A program made the translations under genes and the position numbers. A stretch of 64,000 bases of DNA from contig CAJTTN010000006.1 in assembly GCA_910579215.1 (NCBI GenBank), positions 57,376 through 121,375 of the forward strand, read 5' to 3'. Shown here piece by piece: positions 1-7,904 of this stretch. Origin of the DNA: an uncultured Anaeroplasmataceae bacterium. Lineage in GTDB: Bacteria > Bacillota_I > Bacilli_A > Acholeplasmatales > Anaeroplasmataceae. Each line of letters starts with the position of its first letter. Positions within the stretch are counted from its first letter, which is position 1. A model generated the notes under the pieces. The model was not told the origin of the DNA. It was given only the letters and a program-made list of their open reading frames with translations, and did no database searches.

Positions 1-3000
1 TTAAATTCAGTTTCTATGAATAATAGCGTAATTGTATCTTTTAACTACGATAAGAAAAAGGGCTTGCTTACAGGACAAACATATGGGTCAGGAGGAACCT
101 ATAATTTTTCTTATAACTCTAAACAGCAAATTACTGATATTCGCTTTAATGGAATTTTGAAGTATCACTATAGCTATGATGTTAATGATCGATTGAAAGA
201 TATTAAGGATGGAACGGGAAATATAATAAAGGCTTATACATATGATAATGATGGACAAGTATTAAAGGCAGAGGAAAAAGAATCAGTTATAGAATATGAA
301 TATAATACGTTAGGAGAAATTAATCGTAAAAAGAGACTGTTAAATTCAAAAACGATCTATGAATCCTATGATAATATTTCTAGTTCTAAAGGTTTTAGTC
401 CAGATAATTTAATTGGATATTTACAGGGAGATACAGACTATTTAGGAACCATGTTTCTTGATTCTGCAGAGTTGAAAAATCCGTTGTATATACTAAGTGC
501 TATAAATTATAATACAAATAATAAAAGTAACCCTATATATATAAGAAAGAAAAAAGTACCATGTGTTCATTGTGGATTATTTAATCCTATGAGTTATAAT
601 CCTCCTATGAAAAATAATACAGAGGATTGTGGAAGTATAGGATTCTGGTTTTATCCTACAAATTTACCTTTGGGCAGTAATAAAAAGTATCTATTTAGTA
701 TAAAGAATAAAACATTGCCATGCTTTGTAGCAGCATATTTCAATAGTTCAGGAAAACTAGTTTTAGAGACTAAAGATTCAAATAATGTAATAGAAACAAG
801 AACTATAGATTCTATAATAAGATTAAATACCTGGAATTTTTTTGGTCTTAATTTCGCATATCGGATAGATGAAGTTGGTACCTCAGGTGGCTTTTCATTT
901 GAACTATACCATAATTCTAAATATTTAAAGGGAACTATAAGCAGAACTATACGTGTGGGATCTATAACTCCATACCACATTGGCTATCGTTTTGATGGAA
1001 CTAAGGGATATGATAGTTTAGAATGTCCTATTACAGCATTAGTGCTAGGAAGAAGATTTTATTTAAGTTCAAAGCAAATGCAAGATTTTTATAGTACAAC
1101 TAAAGATTATATCTTAGGAAATTCTTATTTAGATGAGGATAGTGTCAACTTTAGTTCTACAACCATATACAATCTATCTGAATCTATGTTGAATCAATTT
1201 GAAATATACCCACTACAAAATAATGTAACTTCTTTAAAAGGAAAGAAACCAGTAGTCTTTGATGCAAGAGTTGTAAGTTCTACAGATAAAGATAGGACAT
1301 TTAACTTTAATAATTTAAGTAAAAGATGTGCGTTTATGGCAGAGGGAAATCGATTAGAGTATGATCTAGCTATGAGTCAAACAGGAACCATACTTATGAG
1401 AGCCTTTATAAAGGAGACTATTGATAAGCAATATCTATTAGAATGTAAGGATAGTAAAGGATATACCATTGGATTATATAGAGAATATGATACCTACTTA
1501 AGTATAAAGGTTAATAGTTCAACGATTAAAACAAATTTAAAACTTCCAACAGACATATGGAATACAGTAGGAATATCCTTTACAGAGGGTTCCATATCTT
1601 CTTCGACAGGAGATCAAAAATATTTAACTGTTCGTGTATATTTAAATGGAAATACTTATACAAGTAATATTCAAATTAATACATCCTTTGAATCTTTAAT
1701 TTTATCAGTAGGACGTACAACTAAAAAGGTAAGCATTCAAACTGCAATGGGAACTTATGAAACTTGCTATCCTATGCTAGGTCAAATTGAAATGCTTTCA
1801 ACTCGTGCTGCTTACTGTGAAGTAGAAACATTAAATACGTTGGCTGATGAATTAAAATCAACATCATTCGTATCAGAATATGACGAATTAGGGTTACTAA
1901 ATAAAAGAGCAATAAAAAAAGATAATGAAGATGACGTGATGTCTATTAATTATGAATATAAAAAAAGGTGTACTCCTGAAAGTTATCCTGAAATAGAATG
2001 TTTTATACGAGATGTGGAGCAGCTTTTTGAAATTAAACCAAATGAAAGCTTTACCTTCCAGAAAAATGGGGTCTATATAGGCTATGTTCAAGATGTTCAA
2101 CTATTAAACCCTGATATATTTCATACAAAGGTTGTATGGGATATAAGTGAAGAAGCGCTTGATGATTTTGGAGAGGAAGGACAAACTCATTATTACCATA
2201 TGGACCAAGCCTTCATGTTTTTAGAAAACAATACATGGACAAATACTTCTCAATATAGTATGTTCTTAATAGATTTAGGCTATAGTTTTGGAGATATCTC
2301 CTATATTTCTACTGCTATTAGTAAGGAGACCTATGATACTTATGGTGGCTATCATACAGAACGAACATATAAAACAAATGCCTTAGGTCATATAGAGAGT
2401 ATACAAGATTCTACCTTTGGAAGTCATACCTACAGTTATAATGCACGAGGCTTTTTAACAAAAGAGGACTCTATAAATTATGAATATGATGCAAATGGTA
2501 ATATAACTAAAGTGGGGACAATAACATTTAAATATGACACAACCATCAAGGATAGATTGATACTAGTAAATGGGAAAGAAATATCCTATGGAACCAATTC
2601 ACTTAATCCAAATAGTTACGATGGAATTACTTATGAATGGGAGGGAAGAAGACTAGTAGGCTTATCCAAGCGAGGAGAAACTAAGCATGTATACACCTAT
2701 AATTCAAATGGTCTTAGAATAAGTAAAAGTATTACCAATGAAAATACAAATGAAACAAAAAGAACAAGCTTTTATTATGATGGGGATAAATTAATTACAG
2801 AGATTTCTCCTAATTATAGATTAGACTTCTTATATAATGAAAATGATCAATTATATGGACTTATTTATAATAATGAAAAAAAGTTTTACTACGTTAGAGA
2901 TTTCTTACAAAATATATTAGGCTTAGTAGATAGTGATGGTGAGCTTGTGGTAAAATATGGATATACGGCTTATGGTAAAATCACTTCTATTACAGACACG

Positions 3001-3729
3001 TCTGCTATATCAATAGGAACTTATAATCCATTTAGATATAAAGGATATTATTATGATATAGAAACTGAAATGTATTATTGTAGAAGTAGATATTATGTTC
3101 CAGAATGGTGCAGATGGTTGAACGCAGATAATATTAATTATCTTCAATTTCAAAGCATAAATGATATGAATTTATTTTGTTATTGTAAAAATTATCCTGT
3201 ATCTTTTAGCGATAAATGTGGAACCAATTGGTGGACAGATATTTGGGATTGGTTTTCTAATACTTTTGGACTATCTATTACCTCTAAGAAGGAATTTGAA
3301 ATTGAGTCACATTACTTCATTGTTTCAACCATAACAACAGGGACTGGATATTCTAAATCTTATAGTAATGGTAAACCTGTGAATCTTGCGGTTACTCTTC
3401 CGACAAAATGGTATAGATTTTGGGAATTTTCTGTTGGCATTGATATAAATGTAAATGGATATGGTGTAAGTATGGGATTAGGAGGAGAAGCATCTTTTGG
3501 AATACATGCGGGAAAATCAAATTTTGATATATCTTATAATGCTAAGGGACGATTTGGTTTTCAATATACTGTACAGGAGGAAAATGGATTATATTCCTTT
3601 ATAAAGGGTACTATAAATTATCCTGAAATTGTAGCAGCAGCTGCATTAGCAGTTTATGGTTTACCAATAATAGCACCAGCGCTACCTTCTATAGTTCCTG
3701 CATTAGGTGTCGTCTTAGCATTCTTATAA
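1..3729 (+). CDS. RHS/YD-repeat polymorphic toxin, C-terminal part (5' end lies outside the window)
   Basis: Frame 1 is open from base 1 (no stop before the first ATG at 16), so the gene continues upstream. Many YD repeats are present (YSYDVNDRL, YTYDNDGQ, YEYNTLGE, YSYNARGF, YEYDANGN, YTYNSNGLR). An RHS repeat-associated core follows (FYYVRDFLQNILGLVDSDGELVVKYGYTAYGK...PFRYKGYYYDIETEMYYCRSRYYVPEWCRWLNADN), then a ~170 aa variable tail. Confidence 0.9.
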   Translation, partial: LNSVSMNNSVIVSFNYDKKKGLLTGQTYGSGGTYNFSYNSKQQITDIRFNGILKYHYSYDVNDRLKDIKDGTGNIIKAYTYDNDGQVLKAEEKESVIEYEYNTLGEINRKKRLLNSKTIYESYDNISSSKGFSPDNLIGYLQGDTDYLGTMFLDSAELKNPLYILSAINYNTNNKSNPIYIRKKKVPCVHCGLFNPMSYNPPMKNNTEDCGSIGFWFYPTNLPLGSNKKYLFSIKNKTLPCFVAAYFNSSGKLVLETKDSNNVIETRTIDSIIRLNTWNFFGLNFAYRIDEVGTSGGFSFELYHNSKYLKGTISRTIRVGSITPYHIGYRFDGTKGYDSLECPITALVLGRRFYLSSKQMQDFYSTTKDYILGNSYLDEDSVNFSSTTIYNLSESMLNQFEIYPLQNNVTSLKGKKPVVFDARVVSSTDKDRTFNFNNLSKRCAFMAEGNRLEYDLAMSQTGTILMRAFIKETIDKQYLLECKDSKGYTIGLYREYDTYLSIKVNSSTIKTNLKLPTDIWNTVGISFTEGSISSSTGDQKYLTVRVYLNGNTYTSNIQINTSFESLILSVGRTTKKVSIQTAMGTYETCYPMLGQIEMLSTRAAYCEVETLNTLADELKSTSFVSEYDELGLLNKRAIKKDNEDDVMSINYEYKKRCTPESYPEIECFIRDVEQLFEIKPNESFTFQKNGVYIGYVQDVQLLNPDIFHTKVVWDISEEALDDFGEEGQTHYYHMDQAFMFLENNTWTNTSQYSMFLIDLGYSFGDISYISTAISKETYDTYGGYHTERTYKTNALGHIESIQDSTFGSHTYSYNARGFLTKEDSINYEYDANGNITKVGTITFKYDTTIKDRLILVNGKEISYGTNSLNPNSYDGITYEWEGRRLVGLSKRGETKHVYTYNSNGLRISKSITNENTNETKRTSFYYDGDKLITEISPNYRLDFLYNENDQLYGLIYNNEKKFYYVRDFLQNILGLVDSDGELVVKYGYTAYGKITSITDTSAISIGTYNPFRYKGYYYDIETEMYYCRSRYYVPEWCRWLNADNINYLQFQSINDMNLFCYCKNYPVSFSDKCGTNWWTDIWDWFSNTFGLSITSKKEFEIESHYFIVSTITTGTGYSKSYSNGKPVNLAVTLPTKWYRFWEFSVGIDINVNGYGVSMGLGGEASFGIHAGKSNFDISYNAKGRFGFQYTVQEENGLYSFIKGTINYPEIVAAAALAVYGLPIIAPALPSIVPALGVVLAFL

Positions 3730-3778
3730 TTCTATATAAACAGCACTATATTAATTAGTAAATAGTTAAACTATTTCA

Positions 3779-3815
3779 GGGGCTGTTAAGAAACTAAAAA
3801 GTTTCTAGCAGCTTC
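3779..3815. repeat. IS terminal inverted repeat (end next to the transposase stop codon)
   Basis: ggggctgttaagaaactaaaaagtttctagcagcttc is the reverse complement of 5535..5571, with a 2-nt swap at positions 29-30. It contains an internal hairpin, agaaact-aaaa-agtttct. Confidence 0.9.
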
Positions 3816-5478
3816 TTTTTTTGTATTTATAAGACTTACGGAGAGATTCATTCACTCCTTTCTTTCGAGTTTTTTTAAAAATCTTATCATAGTCTATTTT
3901 TGGGATAGTTTCAGGTTTCAAATCTATAGGAGCAACCCAATAATCTGTTTTAGCTTTTCCCTCAATCAAAGAAAAGAGTTTTCTAATATTATAGCCAAGA
4001 CAAACCAGCATAAATTCTAAAGAAACGTTTTGAAGACCACGACGCCTAGTTCTATCATAAACCATATCTTGTTTAATAACACCAAAAGCCCCCTCTACTT
4101 GAGAACTCCGATTTACTCTCATCTCAATACCTTTGGGAGATAAAAGGTATTGAGTAACTTTCTTTTTGATTATAGAATAATCATAATTGACATCAAATAT
4201 ACGATAGTTTCTAATCACCTTGAGATTGGCTTGACAATACTTTTTTAATCTACAATAAGAACAAGATTGAATTACATATAAGAAAGATCCCTTGTGAGCA
4301 TATCTATTCTCAAAAAACCTAGTTTTAAGAGCCACTTTATGATTCATACAAATTAAATCTTCATTATCATTAAAGTAAAATAAATCATAAGTGTCACCAG
4401 AAACAACCTTAGCCCAATCAGCAAATTTTATATAGTTTTCAATGTTGTTATTTTGAAGGAAACTATAGTTTTTCAAAGAACCATACCCAGCATCACCACA
4501 AAGCCTTTTTGGGAAAAAGCCATATAATTGATAAAATTTTTGTAGAGTTGGAATTAAAGTATATTGATCTGTTCTATCGCAAGAGATATAAAAGGACAAA
4601 ATAATACCTTTAGAAACGATAATTTGGAAGTTATAAGCCGCATGAGTATTACTGCCTAGACCAGAATAGTAATCTTCTTTAAGACACATAGCAGTAGCAT
4701 CATGGTCAGTTTTAAAGTAAGAATTACGATTTGGACCACAAATTCTTTCTTTTTCTTCATAGTCTAAAAGTTTAATTAAATAAGTAGAAAGTAAAAGATA
4801 ATCAGAAACAATTTTAGGATTACGATGACCTCTACCAATCTTTATAGTATTGATATCTATATTTTGTTTTTTTAAAAGTTCTAGCATTAAAGAGACATAG
4901 GAGGCAACCTCTTTAGAAACGAAAGTAATTTTGTTTTCTGATAGAGGAAAGTATTGGATTAGAAGTAATTTAATTTTATCAAAGAGATTTATTTTAAAAG
5001 TGGTAGGTTTATATACAAATTTATATTTATTAGCATTGGCTTCAATTTTAGTACCATCAATGAAACAATCATCAAAACAGAAATTATACTTTAAGAGGAT
5101 GGTTTTAGTAATAGAGACAAAGATGGCTTCAAAGTGTTTAACAACTATGTTGTTAAGAAACTTAGAAATAGTAACATAGGAAGGGGTTTCTTGATTTAAT
5201 AGGTAAATAAATCTTAAATCAAATTTGATACTTTCCTCAATTTTTCTTAAACTACCTGAATGTTTTGAAAAGGCATAGATAATGGCAGCAAATAAACGAT
5301 ACGGATTATAGGAGTTTCTTCCTCCTAAACTTCTATCCTTATTAGTCTCTTTGTATATAATTTCACCCACACCAGATTCTTCTAATAATCTTAAAAAAGT
5401 ATCTATTTTTTCTCTTTCCCCTCGGTCTAGCTCAGCGGTAGGAAATAAATGGTCTTGAAAGACAGTAAAAAATGGCAT
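3805..5478 (-). CDS. IS1182-family DDE transposase
   Basis: The N-terminal segment (GGRNSYNPYRLFAAIIYAFSKHSGSLRKIE...PSYVTISKF) resembles the DUF772 transposase domain. DGTKIEANANKY and CGDAGYGS match DDE segments. The C-terminal VEGAFGVIKQDMVYDRTRRRGLQNV...LGYNIRKL is typical of IS1182/IS5 transposases. RBS ggaggtg lies upstream of the ATG. Confidence 0.85.
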   Translation of the reverse strand: MPFFTVFQDHLFPTAELDRGEREKIDTFLRLLEESGVGEIIYKETNKDRSLGGRNSYNPYRLFAAIIYAFSKHSGSLRKIEESIKFDLRFIYLLNQETPSYVTISKFLNNIVVKHFEAIFVSITKTILLKYNFCFDDCFIDGTKIEANANKYKFVYKPTTFKINLFDKIKLLLIQYFPLSENKITFVSKEVASYVSLMLELLKKQNIDINTIKIGRGHRNPKIVSDYLLLSTYLIKLLDYEEKERICGPNRNSYFKTDHDATAMCLKEDYYSGLGSNTHAAYNFQIIVSKGIILSFYISCDRTDQYTLIPTLQKFYQLYGFFPKRLCGDAGYGSLKNYSFLQNNNIENYIKFADWAKVVSGDTYDLFYFNDNEDLICMNHKVALKTRFFENRYAHKGSFLYVIQSCSYCRLKKYCQANLKVIRNYRIFDVNYDYSIIKKKVTQYLLSPKGIEMRVNRSSQVEGAFGVIKQDMVYDRTRRRGLQNVSLEFMLVCLGYNIRKLFSLIEGKAKTDYWVAPIDLKPETIPKIDYDKIFKKTRKKGVNESLRKSYKYKKRSC

Positions 5479-5534
5479 GAAAAAACACCTCCAGATACTT
5501 TATTGTATCAAAAAGGTGCATTTTCTAACAAAAT

Positions 5535-5571
5535 GAAGCTGTCAGAAACTTTTTAGTTTCTTAACAGCCCC
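5535..5571. repeat. IS terminal inverted repeat (end next to the transposase start codon)
   Basis: gaagctgtcagaaactttttagtttcttaacagcccc pairs with 3779..3815. Confidence 0.9.
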
Positions 5572-5644
5572 TTTTTTCTCTAAATGTAGGATTAATGTAT
5601 ATTGAAAAAAATAAAGAGGCCGATGAGCGTTACCAAGCCTCTTT

Positions 5645-5672
5645 AAAACAAGAAAAGGGACAATTTGTCCCT
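5645..5672 (-). terminator. Rho-independent terminator of rpmB
   Basis: On the minus strand, stem GGGACA / TGTCCC (5657-5662 / 5666-5671) with a 3-nt loop is followed by TTTTCTTGTTTT. Confidence 0.7.
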
Positions 5673-5688
5673 CTTAATATTACTCATA

Positions 5689-5877
5689 TTAAGCTCTTTC
5701 TAGCTTGCAATTTTTTAATGCTCTAGCAGAAATTTTTACCTTCTTAACGTTACCGTTCTCATCCTTGATATGAACAGTTTGAAGGTTAGCCTTCCATGTA
5801 CGACGAGTAGCATTTAAAGCATGAGATCTCTTGTTTCCTGTTACTGTTGTTTTACCAGTGATATAACATTTAGCCAT
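5689..5877 (-). CDS. rpmB: 50S ribosomal protein L28
   Basis: [33 protein letters not shown] is the L28 signature. The start was moved to the ATG at 5877, which has the RBS taaggaggt 8 nt upstream. The track ORF start at 5916 adds 13 unlikely residues. Confidence 0.95.
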   Translation of the reverse strand: MAKCYITGKTTVTGNKRSHALNATRRTWKANLQTVHIKDENGNVKKVKISARALKNCKLERA

Positions 5878-5924
5878 AGTTCTATACCTCCTTATGACGT
5901 TAAAATAAAACTTCAAGCTTTATT

Positions 5925-5953
5925 AGTATACCTTAAATTAGTGAGAAAAGCAA
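5925..5953 (-). promoter_or_regulatory. Sigma-A type promoter for rpmB
   Basis: Minus strand reads TTGCTT-17 nt-TATACT, about 40 nt upstream of the rpmB ATG. Confidence 0.45.
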
Positions 5954-6043
5954 GAACTTTTTAATTTTTTTACATTATTTATTTGACTTTTTGTTAAAAA
6001 ATTGGTATATTTTAAAAGTCATCGCCTATTAATGCATTTTTTG

Positions 6044-6072
6044 TTTACATTTATAGGTTTTAGTGCTATAAT
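6044..6072 (+). promoter_or_regulatory. Sigma-A type promoter (extended -10) for the DAK2-recG unit
   Basis: TTTACA-17 nt-TATAAT with TGc immediately upstream of the -10. This leaves a ~150 nt leader before the ATG at 6228. Confidence 0.5.
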
Positions 6073-6227
6073 GTTAAATGAATTAAACATTTCGTTATAG
6101 TAGAGGTGAATTTTATCGAGTCGAATTGTGTAAATTTTTAATATTTTGGAAGAGTTTATTTGATTTTAATTACCCATAGCCAAGAGGCTATATACATATA
6201 CTTAATTTGATATTTAGGAGGATTACC

Positions 6228-7844
6228 ATGGCGGTAAGCAGTGTTAGCGTAGCTTTATTCAAGAAAATGGTAATGAATGGCGCTATTAATTTAAAGAATA
6301 ACCACAAAAAAGTGGATGAGTTAAATGTTTTCCCTGTGCCAGATGGAGATACTGGAACAAATATGTCGATGACAGTGATGTCAGGAGTACGTGAGATGGA
6401 TTCTTGCGTTTCCTCATCTATAATAGAAGTAGGTAAGGTTTTATCCCGTGGAGCATTAATGGGTGCTCGTGGAAACTCTGGAGTTATCTTATCTCAATTT
6501 TTCCGAGGAATATATGTTGGCATGCAGAAGTTGGAGCATAATTATTTATCTATAGAAGATTTAATGAATTGCTTAGAGTCTGGGTGCAAGGTTGCTTATA
6601 AGGCTGTAATGGAGCCAGTTGAGGGAACAATACTTACTGTAGTACGTGAGGCTGCAGAGCATACTAAGGAGCATTTGTCTGAATTTAAGACCGTAGAAGA
6701 TTTAATGAACTACTATGAAAATGAGGCAAAGAAATCTTTAGATAATACACCTAATCTATTACCAGTTTTAAAAGAGTCTGGTGTTGTTGATAGTGGTGGT
6801 GCTGGATTTTTAGAGATTATTAAGGGAATGATTATGGCTTTACGTGGTCAAATGCTTGAAGCTACTGATGGATCTCAAAAAACTGAAACAGAAAAGCCTG
6901 TAGAAGTAAAAAATATTTATTGTACAGAATTCTTTATTGAACTTAAGGATACCAAAAATTTTGATGAGAGTGCATTAAAATCTTCTTTATCATGCCTTGG
7001 AGAATCTTTGAATGTAGTTTTAGATGCTTCCGTTTGTAAAATACATTTACATACGGATCATCCTGGCTTAGTATTAGAGCAAGCCCTTAAACATGGAGAG
7101 CTTACAGATATAAAGATTGAAAATCAACGTGTAGGGCATACGCATCTAGAAAAAGGTGCTAAGGTTTTAGGTGCTATCCCAAAGAAGACCTTTGCTTTAG
7201 TAGCCGTTTGCTTTGGTGATGGAATTACACAAACCTTTCAGGATTTAGGTGTAGACTATGTGATTGAAGGGGGACAAACGATGAACCCTTCCACTGAAGC
7301 CTTTGTTGATGCATGTACGAAGGTAAATGCAGAGAATATTATTATAATTCCTAACAATGGGAATGTGATTATGGCAGCAAAACAAGCCTCTACAATGGTG
7401 AAGGAGTCAAAGGTAGCTGTACTTAATGCAAAGACGATAGCTCAAGGCTATGCATCTTTGATGGTTTTTGATTCAGAAGCTGATTTGGAAACAAATTTAG
7501 AGGCAATGAATGAAGCTGTTCAAAATGTAAAGACCGGCGAAATCACATATTCAGTTAGAGATACAGAAATTGGTGGAATTAAGATTCTAGCAGGGGATTT
7601 TATGGGTATTGCAAATGGAGAAATTGTAGTATCTACTAAACTTCAAGAAGATGCTCTAAAAGCACTTTTAGAGAAAATTATAGGCGAGGAAAGTCAAATT
7701 GTGACATTCTTTTGTGGAAAAGAAGCTTCTGAGGAAGAAAAAAGCTGTCTTGAGGAATTTTGCTTGGGTATAAATTCTGATATTGAAGTTGAAATTATTG
7801 ATGGGGAACAGGAGATTTATTCCTATATTATTGCTGTTGAATAA
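6228..7844 (+). CDS. DAK2 domain-containing protein (YloV-like)
   Basis: Dak phosphatase motif VFPVPDGDTGTNM plus GNSGVILSQ, a DegV-like C-terminal half, and conserved position between rpmB and recG. The start was taken at the ATG with RBS aggagg (6215-6220) rather than the TTG at 6207. Confidence 0.85.
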   Translation: MAVSSVSVALFKKMVMNGAINLKNNHKKVDELNVFPVPDGDTGTNMSMTVMSGVREMDSCVSSSIIEVGKVLSRGALMGARGNSGVILSQFFRGIYVGMQKLEHNYLSIEDLMNCLESGCKVAYKAVMEPVEGTILTVVREAAEHTKEHLSEFKTVEDLMNYYENEAKKSLDNTPNLLPVLKESGVVDSGGAGFLEIIKGMIMALRGQMLEATDGSQKTETEKPVEVKNIYCTEFFIELKDTKNFDESALKSSLSCLGESLNVVLDASVCKIHLHTDHPGLVLEQALKHGELTDIKIENQRVGHTHLEKGAKVLGAIPKKTFALVAVCFGDGITQTFQDLGVDYVIEGGQTMNPSTEAFVDACTKVNAENIIIIPNNGNVIMAAKQASTMVKESKVAVLNAKTIAQGYASLMVFDSEADLETNLEAMNEAVQNVKTGEITYSVRDTEIGGIKILAGDFMGIANGEIVVSTKLQEDALKALLEKIIGEESQIVTFFCGKEASEEEKSCLEEFCLGINSDIEVEIIDGEQEIYSYIIAVE

Positions 7845-7860
7845 TAATAGAAAATAGGCA

Positions 7861-7890
7861 AATGGTTGGAGGAATCCAACCATTTTTGTT
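7861..7890 (+). terminator. Intrinsic terminator or attenuator hairpin between the DAK2 gene and recG
   Basis: Perfect 10-bp stem aatggttgga / tccaaccatt with loop ggaa, followed by tttttgtt. Confidence 0.6.
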
Positions 7891-7904
7891 AAGAAAAAGG
7901 AGAG

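Larger units (their letters stand above)
3779..5571 (-). mobile_element. Insertion sequence, IS1182-like (IS5 superfamily), apparently intact
   Basis: One 557 aa DDE transposase ORF is bounded by terminal inverted repeats: a perfect 28 bp core, 35/37 over the extended length. The element is 1793 bp. Confidence 0.85.

Noticed and set aside
651-2100. Antisense ORFs 651-980 and 1897-2100 inside the RHS gene. Similar antisense ORFs occur throughout the window, e.g. 7668-7883, 9275-9517, 11212-11481, 11577-11918, 12180-12401, 14020-14247, 19337-19558, 21891-22094, 22299-22595, 22763-23005, 23785-24066, 24550-24747, 25301-25531, 28162-28380, 29792-30001, 32036-32320, 33242-33442, 37526-37717, 39168-39374, 40170-40355, 40799-40993, 41375-41602, 42164-42403, 51784-51999, 52687-53052, 54554-54805, 56253-56435, 56757-56957, 62301-62513, 62567-62761 and 63098-63304.
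   Set aside because: Each lies wholly or largely opposite a long, motif-supported CDS. They have low-complexity or odd composition and no RBS or recognisable motif. This is the expected chance product of AT-rich sequence.
5613-5645. Second hairpin (aaagaggc ... gcctcttt, 17-nt loop) between the IS and the rpmB terminator; considered as a remnant of the RHS-gene terminator or an IS target.
   Set aside because: The large loop and absence of a clear U-tract on either strand make the assignment ambiguous, so it is left uncalled.
5983-6011. Second promoter-like element, TTGACT-17-TATATT, on the + strand upstream of the called promoter.
   Set aside because: The sequence match is good, but it would give a >200 nt leader and overlaps the divergent rpmB promoter region. 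It cannot be distinguished from chance in this AT-rich DNA.
6073-6227. ~150 nt leader upstream of the DAK2-domain gene, containing the hairpin atagcc-aaga-ggctat; possible riboswitch or ribosomal-protein leader.
   Set aside because: I cannot match it to any known RNA motif by eye. There is no terminator/antiterminator alternative. It may simply be a 5' UTR, and there is no room for the Asp23/YloU gene that often sits here.
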